Shown here one piece after another: positions 54,881-64,000 of a DNA stretch of 64,000 nucleotides. Source of the DNA: Eledone cirrhosa (lineage: Eukaryota); the NCBI GenBank assembly GCA_964016885.1, contig OZ024747.1:52576001-52640000 (forward strand), written 5' to 3'. The notes beneath the pieces were generated by a model that did no database searches, was not told where the DNA came from, and was given only the letters and a program-made list of their open reading frames with translations. Positions within the stretch are counted from its first letter, which is position 1. Every line of letters begins with the position of its first letter. Position numbers and translations under genes: made by a program.

Positions 54881-57800
54881 TACATAGGACAGAGTCGGTG
54901 TAGAGTAAAACAGAGAGAACCAGTACATAGGACAGTGTTGGTGTAGAGTAAAACAGAGAGAACCAGTACATAGGACAGAGTAGCTGTAGTGTAAAACAGA
55001 GAACAGAGAGAACCAGTACATAGGACAGTGTTGGTGTAGAGTAAAACAGAGAGAACCAGTACGTAGCACAGAGTCGGTGTAGAGTAAAACAGAGAGAACC
55101 AGTACGTAGGACAGAGTCACTGTAGAGTAAAACAGAGAGAACCAGTACGTAGCACAGTTGTGGTGTAGAGTAAAACAGAGAGAACCAGTACGTAGCACAG
55201 AGTCGCTGTAGAGTAAAACAGAGAGAACCAGTACGTAGAAAAGAGTCGATGTAGAGTAAAACAGAGAGAACCAGTACATAGGACAGTGTTGGTGTAGAGT
55301 AAAACAGAGAGAACCAGTACATAGGACAGAGTCACTGTAGAGTAAAACAGAGAGAACCAGTACGTAGAAAAGAGTCGATGTAGAGTAAAACAGAGAGAAC
55401 CAGTACATAGGACAGTGTTGGTGTAGAGTAAAACAGAGAGAACCAGTACATAGGACAGAGTCACTGTAGAGTAAAACAGAGAGAACCAGTACGTAGCACA
55501 GTTGTGGTGTAGAGTAAAACAGAGAGAACCAGTACGTAGCACAGAGTCGCTGTAGAGTAAAACAGAGAGAACCAGTACATAGGACAGTGTTGGTGTAGAG
55601 TAAAACAGAGAGAACCAGTACATAGGACAGAGTCGGTGTAGAGTAAAACAGAGAGAACCAGTACATAGGACAGTGTTGGTGTAGAGTAAAACAGAGAGAA
55701 CCAGTACATAGGACAGTGTTGGTGTAGAGTAAAACAGAGAGAACCAGTACGTAGCACAGTGTTGGTGTAGAGTAAAACAGAGAGAACCAGTACGTAGCAC
55801 AGAGTCGCTGTAGAGTAAAACAAAGAGAATCAGTAGATAGAACAGAGTCGGTGTAGAGTAAAACAGAGAGAACCAGTACATAGGACAGAGTCACTGTAGA
55901 GTAAAACAGAGAGAACTAGTACATAGGACAGAGTCAGAGAAGAGTAAAACAGAGAGAACCAGTACATAGGACAGAGTCGGTGTAGAGTAAAACAGAGAGA
56001 ACCAGTACATAGGACAGAGTTGATGTAGGGTAAAACAGAGAGAACTAGTACATAGGACAGAGTTGGTGTAGTGTAAAACAGAGAGAACCAGTACATAGGA
56101 CAGAGTCGGTGTAGAGTAAAACATAGAGAACCAGTACATAGGACAGAGTTGATGTAGGGTAAAACAGAGAGAACCAGTACATAGGACAGTGTTGGTGTAG
56201 AGTAAAACAGAGAGAACCAGTACATAGGAGAGTCAGAGTAGAGTAAAACAGAGAGAACCAGTACATAGAACAGAGACGGTGTAGAGTAAAACAGAGAGAA
56301 CCAGTACACAGGACAGAGTTGGTGTAGAGTAAAACAGAGAGAACCAGTACATAGGGCAGAGTTGGTGTAGAGTAAAACAGAGAGAACCAGTACATAGGAC
56401 AGAGTTGGTGTAGAGTAAAACAGAGAGAACCAGTACATAGGGCAGAGTTGGTGTAGAGTAAAACAGAGAGAACCAGTACATAGGGCAGAGTTGGTGTAGA
56501 GTAAAACAGAGAGAACCAGTACATAGGACAGAGTTGGTGTAGAGTAAAACAGAGAGAACCAGTACATAGGGCAGAGTTGGTGTAGAGTAAAACAGAGAGA
56601 ACCAGTACATAGGGCAGAGTTGGTGTAGAGTAAAACAGGGAGAACCAGTACATAGGGCAGAGTTGGTGTAGAGTAAAACAGAGAGAACCAGTACATAGGG
56701 CAGAGTTGGTGTAGAGTAAAACAGAGAGAACCAGTACATAGGGCAGAGTTGGTGTAGAGTAAAACAGAGAGAACCAGTACATAGGACAGAGTTGGTGTAG
56801 AGTAAAACAGAGAGAACCAGTACATAGGGCAGAGTTGGTGTAGAGTAAAACAGAGAGAACCAGTACATAGGGCAGAGTTGGTGTAGAGTAAAACAGAGAG
56901 AACCAGTACATAGGACAGAGTTGGTGTAGAGTAAAACAGAGAGAACCAGTACATAGGGCAGAGTTGGTGTAGAGTAAAACAGAGAGAACCAGTACATAGG
57001 GCAGAGTTGGTGTAGAGTAAAACAGGGAGAACCAGTACATAGGGCAGAGTTGGTGTAGAGTAAAACAGAGAGAACCAGTACATAGGGCAGAGTTGGTGTA
57101 GAGTAAAACAGAGAGAACCAGTACATAGGACAGAGTTGGTGTAGAGTAAAACAGAGAGAACCAGTACATAGGGCAGAGTTGGTGTAGAGTAAAACAGAGA
57201 GAACCAGTACATAGGGCAGAGTTGGTGTAGAGTAAAACAGAGAGAACCAGTACATATGACAGAGTAGGTGTAGAGTAAAACAGAGAGAACCAGTACATAG
57301 GATAGTGTTGGTGTAGAGTAAAACAGAGAGAACCAGTACATAGGACAGTGTTGGTGTAGAGTAAAACAGAGAGAACCAGTACATAGGACAGAGTAGGTGT
57401 AGTGTAAAACAGAGAACAGAGAGAACCAGTACATAGGACAGTGTTGGTGTAGAGTAAAACAGAGAGAACCAGTACGTAGCACAGAGTCGGTGTAGAGTAA
57501 AACAGAGAGAACCAGTACGTAGCACAGAGTCGGTGTAGAGTAAAACAGAGAGAAACAGTACGTAGCACAGAGTCGGTGTAGAGTAAAACAGAGAGAACCA
57601 GTACATAGGACAGTGTTGGTGTAGAGTAAAACAGAGAGAACCAGTACATAGGACAGTGTTGGTGTAGAGTAAAACAGAGAGAACCAGTACGTAGCACAGA
57701 GTCGCTGTAGAGTAAAACAGAGAGAACCAGTACATAGGACAGTGTTGGTGTAGAGTAAAACAGAGAGAACCAGTACATAGGACAGAGTCACTGTAGAGTA

Positions 57801-60800
57801 AAACAGAGAGAACTAGTACATAGGACAGAGTCAGAGTAGAGTAAAACAGAGTGAGCCAGTACATAGAACAGAGTCGGTGTAGAGTAAAACAGAGAGAACC
57901 AGTACATAGGACAGAGTCACTGTAGAGTAAAACAGAGAGAACCAGTACGTAGCACAGTTGTGGTGTAGAGTAAAACAGAGAGAACCAGTACGTAGCACAG
58001 AGTCGCTGTAGAGTAAAACAGAGAGAACCAGTACATAGAACAGAGTCGGTGTAGAGTAAAACAGAGAGAACCAGTACATAGGACAGAGTCACTGTAGAGT
58101 AAAACAGAGAACTAGTACATAGGACAGAGTCAGAGTAGAGTAAAACAGAGAGAACCAGTACATAGGACAGAGTCGGTGTAGAGTAAAACAGAGAGAACCA
58201 GTACATAGGACAGAGTTGATGTAGGGTAAAACAGAGAGAACCAGTACATAGGACAGAGTTGGTGTAGTGTAAAACAGAGAGAACCAGTACATAGGACAGA
58301 GTCGGTGTAGAGTAAAACATAGAGAACACGTACATAGGACAGAGTTGGTGTAGTGTAAAACAGAGAGAACCAGTACATAGGACAGTGTCGGTGTAGAGTA
58401 AAACAGAGAGAACCTGTACATAGGACAGTGTCGGTGTAGAGTAAAACAGAGAGAACCAGTACATAGGACAGAGTTGGTGTAGTGTAAAACAGAGAGAACC
58501 AGTACATAGGACAGTGTTGGTGTAGAGTAAAACAGAGAGAACCAGTACGTAGCACAGAGTCGGTGTAGAGTAAAACAGAGAGAACCAGTACGTAGCACAG
58601 AGTCGGTGTAGAGTAAAACAGAGAGAACCAGTACGTAGCACAGAGTCGGTGTAGAGTAAAACAGAGAGAACCAGTACATATGACAGAGTAGGTGTAGAGT
58701 AAAACAGAGAGAACCAGTACATAGGACAGAGTCGGTGTAGAGTAAAACAGAGAGAACCAGTACATAGGACAGTGTTGGTGTAGAGTAAAACAGAGAGAAC
58801 CAGTACATAGGACAGAGTAGCTGTAGTGTAAAACAGAGAACAGAGAGAACCAGTACATAGGACAGTGTTGGTGTAGAGTAAAACAGAGAGAACCAGTACG
58901 TAGCACAGAGTCGGTGTAGAGTAAAACAGAGAGAACCAGTACGTAGGACAGAGTCACTGTAGAGTAAAACAGAGAGAACCAGTACGTAGGACAGAGTCAC
59001 TGTAGAGTAAAACAGAGAGAACCAGTACGTAGGACAGAGTCACTGTAGAGTAAAACAGAGAGAACCAGTACGTAGCACAGTTGTGGTGTAGAGTAAAACA
59101 GAGAGAACCAGTACGTAGCACAGAGTCGCTGTAGAGTAAAACAGAGAGAACCAGTACGTAGAAAAGAGTCGATGTAGAGTAAAACAGAGAGAACCAGTAC
59201 ATAGGACAGTGTTGGTGTAGAGTAAAACAGAGAGAACCAGTACATAGGACAGAGTCACTGTAGAGTAAAACAGAGAGAACCAGTACGTAGAAAAGAGTCG
59301 ATGTAGAGTAAAACAGAGAGAACCAGTACATAGGACAGTGTTGGTGTAGAGTAAAACAGAGAGAACCAGTACATAGGACAGAGTCACTGTAGAGTAAAAC
59401 AGAGAGAACCAGTACGTAGCACAGTTGTGGTGTAGAGTAAAACAGAGAGAACCAGTACGTAGCACAGAGTCGCTGTAGAGTAAAACAGAGAGAACCAGTA
59501 CATAGGACAGTGTTGGTGTAGAGTAAAACAGAGAGAACCAGTACATAGGACAGAGTCGGTGTAGAGTAAAACAGAGAGAACTAGTACATAAACAGAGTCA
59601 GAGTAGAGTAAAACAGAGAGAACCAGTACATAGAACAGAGTCGGTGTAGAGTAAAACAGAGAGAACCAGTACATAGGACAGAGTCACTGTAGAGTAAAAC
59701 AGAGAACAGAGAGAACCAGTACATAGGACAGTGTTGGTGTAGAGTAAAACAGAGAGAACCAGTACATAGGACAGTGTTGGTGTAGAGTAAAACAGAGAGA
59801 ACCAGTACGTAGCACAGTGTTGGTGTAGAGTAAAACAGAGAGAACCAGTACGTAGCACAGAGTCGCTGTAGAGTAAAACAGAGAGAACCAGTACATAGAA
59901 CAGAGTCGGTGTAGAGTAAAACAGAGAGAACCAGTACATAGGACAGAGTCACTGTAGAGTAAAACAGAGAACTAGTACATAGGACAGAGTCAGAGTAGAG
60001 TAAAACAGAGAGAACCAGTACACAGGACAGAGTTGGTGTAGAGTAAAACAGAGAGAACCAGTACATATGACAGAGTAGGTGTAGAGTAAAACAGAGAGAA
60101 CCAGTACATAGGACAGAGTCGGTGTAGAGTAAAACAGAGAGAACCAGTACATAGGACAGTGTTGGTGTAGAGTAAAACAGAGAGAACCAGTACATAGGAC
60201 AGAGTAGCTGTAGTGTAAAACAGAGAACAGAGAGAACCAGTACATAGGACAGTGTTGGTGTAGAGTAAAACAGAGAGAACCAGTACGTAGCACAGAGTCG
60301 GTGTAGAGTAAAACAGAGAGAACCAGTACGTAGGACAGAGTCACTGTAGAGTAAAACAGAGAGAACCAGTACGTAGCACAGTTGTGGTGTAGAGTAAAAC
60401 AGAGAGAACCAGTACGTAGCACAGAGTCGCTGTAGAGTAAAACAGAGAGAACCAGTACGTAGAAAAGAGTCGATGTAGAGTAAAACAGAGAGAACCAGTA
60501 CATAGGACAGTGTTGGTGTAGAGTAAAACAGAGAGAACCAGTACATAGGACAGAGTCACTGTAGAGTAAAACAGAGAGAACCAGTACGTAGAAAAGAGTC
60601 GATGTAGAGTAAAACAGAGAGAACCAGTACATAGGACAGTGTTGGTGTAGAGTAAAACAGAGAGAACCAGTACATAGGACAGAGTCACTGTAGAGTAAAA
60701 CAGAGAGAACCAGTACGTAGCACAGTTGTGGTGTAGAGTAAAACAGAGAGAACCAGTACGTAGCACAGAGTCGCTGTAGAGTAAAACAGAGAGAACCAGT

Positions 60801-63800
60801 ACATAGGACAGTGTTGGTGTAGAGTAAAACAGAGAGAACCAGTACATAGGACAGAGTCGGTGTAGAGTAAAACAGAGAGAACCAGTACATAGGACAGTGT
60901 TGGTGTAGAGTAAAACAGAGAGAACCAGTACATAGGACAGTGTTGGTGTAGAGTAAAACAGAGAGAACCAGTACGTAGCACAGTGTTGGTGTAGAGTAAA
61001 ACAGAGAGAACCAGTACGTAGCACAGAGTCGCTGTAGAGTAAAACAAAGAGAATCAGTAGATAGAACAGAGTCGGTGTAGAGTAAAACAGAGAGAACCAG
61101 TACATAGGACAGAGTCACTGTAGAGTAAAACAGAGAGAACTAGTACATAGGACAGAGTCAGAGAAGAGTAAAACAGAGAGAACCAGTACATAGGACAGAG
61201 TCGGTGTAGAGTAAAACAGAGAGAACCAGTACATAGGACAGAGTTGATGTAGGGTAAAACAGAGAGAACTAGTACATAGGACAGAGTTGGTGTAGTGTAA
61301 AACAGAGAGAACCAGTACATAGGACAGAGTCGGTGTAGAGTAAAACATAGAGAACCAGTACATAGGACAGAGTTGATGTAGGGTAAAACAGAGAGAACCA
61401 GTACATAGGACAGTGTTGGTGTAGAGTAAAACAGAGAGAACCAGTACATAGGAGAGTCAGAGTAGAGTAAAACAGAGAGAACCAGTACATAGAACAGAGA
61501 CGGTGTAGAGTAAAACAGAGAGAACCAGTACACAGGACAGAGTTGGTGTAGAGTAAAACAGAGAGAACCAGTACATAGGGCAGAGTTGGTGTAGAGTAAA
61601 ACAGAGAGAACCAGTACATAGGACAGAGTTGGTGTAGAGTAAAACAGAGAGAACCAGTACATAGGGCAGAGTTGGTGTAGAGTAAAACAGAGAGAACCAG
61701 TACATAGGGCAGAGTTGGTGTAGAGTAAAACAGAGAGAACCAGTACATAGGACAGAGTTGGTGTAGAGTAAAACAGAGAGAACCAGTACATAGGGCAGAG
61801 TTGGTGTAGAGTAAAACAGAGAGAACCAGTACATAGGGCAGAGTTGGTGTAGAGTAAAACAGGGAGAACCAGTACATAGGGCAGAGTTGGTGTAGAGTAA
61901 AACAGAGAGAACCAGTACATAGGGCAGAGTTGGTGTAGAGTAAAACAGAGAGAACCAGTACATAGGACAGAGTTGGTGTAGAGTAAAACAGAGAGAACCA
62001 GTACATAGGGCAGAGTTGGTGTAGAGTAAAACAGAGAGAACCAGTACATAGGGCAGAGTTGGTGTAGAGTAAAACAGAGAGAACCAGTACATATGACAGA
62101 GTAGGTGTAGAGTAAAACAGAGAGAACCAGTACATAGGATAGTGTTGGTGTAGAGTAAAACAGAGAGAACCAGTACATAGGACAGTGTTGGTGTAGAGTA
62201 AAACAGAGAGAACCAGTACATAGGACAGAGTAGGTGTAGTGTAAAACAGAGAACAGAGAGAACCAGTACATAGGACAGTGTTGGTGTAGAGTAAAACAGA
62301 GAGAACCAGTACGTAGCACAGAGTCGGTGTAGAGTAAAACAGAGAGAACCAGTACATAGGACAGTGTTGGTGTAGAGTAAAACAGAGAGAACCAGTACGT
62401 AGCACAGAGTCGGTGTAGAGTAAAACAGAGAGAAACAGTACGTAGCACAGAGTCGGTGTAGAGTAAAACAGAGAGAACCAGTACATAGGACAGTGTTGGT
62501 GTAGAGTAAAACAGAGAGAACCAGTAAATAGGACAGTGTTTGTGTAGAGTAAAACAGAGAGAACCAGTACGTAGCACAGAGTCGCTGTAGAGTAAAACAG
62601 AGAGAACCAGTACATAGGACAGTGTTGGTGTAGAGTAAAACAGAGAGAACCAGTACATAGGACAGAGTCACTGTAGAGTAAAACAGAGAGAACTAGTACA
62701 TAGGACAGAGTCAGAGTAGAGTAAAACAGAGTGAGCCAGTACATAGAACAGAGTCGGTGTAGAGTAAAACAGAGAGAACCAGTACATAGGACAGAGTCAC
62801 TGTAGAGTAAAACAGAGAGAACCAGTACGTAGCACAGTTGTGGTGTAGAGTAAAACAGAGAGAACCAGTACGTAGCACAGAGTCGCTGTAGAGTAAAACA
62901 GAGAGAACCAGTACATAGAACAGAGTCGGTGTAGAGTAAAACAGAGAGAACCAGTACATAGGACAGAGTCACTGTAGAGTAAAACAGAGAACTAGTACAT
63001 AGGACAGAGTCAGAGTAGAGTAAAACAGAGAGAACCAGTACATAGGACAGAGTCGGTGTAGAGTAAAACAGAGAGAACCAGTACATAGGACAGAGTTGAT
63101 GTAGGGTAAAACAGAGAGAACCAGTACATAGGACAGAGTTGGTGTAGTGTAAAACAGAGAGAACCAGTACATAGGACAGAGTCGGTGTAGAGTAAAACAT
63201 AGAGAACACGTACATAGGACAGAGTTGGTGTAGTGTAAAACAGAGAGAACCAGTACATAGGACAGTGTCGGTGTAGAGTAAAACAGAGAGAACCTGTACA
63301 TAGGACAGTGTCGGTGTAGAGTAAAACAGAGAGAACCAGTACATAGGACAGAGTTGGTGTAGTGTAAAACAGAGAGAACCAGTACATAGGACAGTGTTGG
63401 TGTAGAGTAAAACAGAGAGAACCAGTACGTAGCACAGAGTCGGTGTAGAGTAAAACAGAGAGAACCAGTACGTAGCACAGAGTCGGTGTAGAGTAAAACA
63501 GAGAGAACCAGTACGTAGCACAGAGTCGGTGTAGAGTAAAACAGAGAGAACCAGTACATATGACAGAGTAGGTGTAGAGTAAAACAGAGAGAACCAGTAC
63601 ATAGGACAGAGTCGGTGTAGAGTAAAACAGAGAGAACCAGTACATAGGACAGTGTTGGTGTAGAGTAAAACAGAGAGAACCAGTACATAGGACAGAGTAG
63701 CTGTAGTGTAAAACAGAGAACAGAGAGAACCAGTACAAAGGACAGTGTTGGTGTAGAGTAAAACAGAGAGAACCAGTACGTAGCACAGAGTCGGTGTAGA

Positions 63801-64000
63801 GTAAAACAGAGAGAACCAGTACGTAGGACAGAGTCACTGTAGAGTAAAACAGAGAGAACCAGTACGTAGGACAGAGTCACTGTAGAGTAAAACAGAGAGA
63901 ACCAGTACGTAGGACAGAGTCACTGTAGAGTAAAACAGAGAGAACCAGTACGTAGCACAGTTGTGGTGTAGAGTAAAACAGAGAGAACCAGTACGTAGCA
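54660..64000. repeat. ~5-kb higher-order duplication (offset 5224 bp, shifting to 4880 bp after a net 8-monomer indel)
   Basis: ORF pairs 54725/59949, 55117/60341 and 55891/61115 are offset by 5224; 57831/62711, 58089/62969 and 58130/63010 are offset by 4880 (difference 344 = 8x43). The rare monomer CAAAGAGAATCAGTAGATAG lies at 55821 and 61045. Confidence 0.9.

Larger units (their letters stand above)
1..64000. repeat. 43-bp tandem satellite/minisatellite array (~1,490 monomers, single orientation, open at both window ends)
   Basis: GTGTAGAGTAAAACAGAGAGAACCAGTAC recurs at 1, 44, 87, 130 and onward to the end of the window. Monomers are mostly 43 bp, with recurrent 41-, 42-, 49- and 50-bp variants. 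I saw no unique sequence or inversion. Confidence 0.99.

Noticed and set aside
7195-63740. Isolated private substitutions (AAAATGAG ~7194, AAAGAAGAG ~13338, AATCCGTAG 14041, AGCAGCAG 42741, GGCGTAG ~51279, TAAATAGG ~62525, ACAAAGG ~63735)
   Set aside because: These singletons cannot be told apart from recent mutations or consensus errors without reads, and they show no pattern.
1689-63880. Many long minus-strand ORFs (up to 1524 aa) resembling membrane proteins
   Set aside because: They overlap in all three frames with the same periodic peptide. Frameshifting 41/42/50-bp monomers and stop variants are freely amplified, and there is no unique N- or C-terminus or recognisable domain. They are translation artefacts of the satellite.
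1-64000. CRISPR-like array (29-bp constant repeat plus variable spacer)
   Set aside because: The putative spacers are only ~14 bp and are point variants of one sequence reused hundreds of times. There are no cas genes, no leader and no unique spacers.
1-64000. Telomeric repeat or G-quadruplex array
   Set aside because: There is no TTAGGG-type short unit. GGG occurs only sporadically (TAGGGT, TAGGGC), at most about once per monomer.
1-64000. CENP-B box
   Set aside because: The TTCG....A..CGGG core is absent from the consensus and from the variants I read.
1-64000. Transposon insertion, inversion or RNA gene within the array
   Set aside because: I saw no non-satellite segment, strand switch, terminal repeat, or tRNA/rRNA-like sequence.
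1-64000. Taxonomic assignment (e.g. fish or other animal minisatellite)
   Set aside because: The sequence style is compatible with animal tandem repeats, but nothing in the window is diagnostic. A database search is needed.

Overview
The whole 64-kb window is one uninterrupted, head-to-tail tandem array of a 43-bp monomer (consensus GTGTAGAGTAAAACAGAGAGAACCAGTACATAGGACAGAGTCG; about 1,490 copies from 64000/43; this consensus is 72% purine on the + strand and 44% GC). It looks like eukaryotic satellite or large minisatellite DNA, and it runs past both window ends. I found no credible gene, RNA gene, transposon or CRISPR array. The minus-strand ORFs are a by-product of the repeat: the consensus has no minus-strand stop codon, and 43 mod 3 = 1, so all three frames give the same 43-aa periodic peptide. 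The interest lies in the array architecture. About 29 bp of each monomer are nearly invariant and about 14 bp vary combinatorially. The commonest variants are CpG-decay products. The monomer shows a cryptic 21+22-bp dimer structure. A fixed-order cassette of about 11 variant monomers recurs throughout. Nested higher-order duplications occur at offsets of 2420, 2879+1421=4300, 3867/4383, 4578 (with 1209 inside), 4642, 2152 and 5224/4880 bp, and the diagnostic variant set turns over near 29-33 kb. I cannot assign the organism or a centromeric function from sequence alone, and I see no support for a novel protein-coding system. Block boundaries are approximate (about one monomer).
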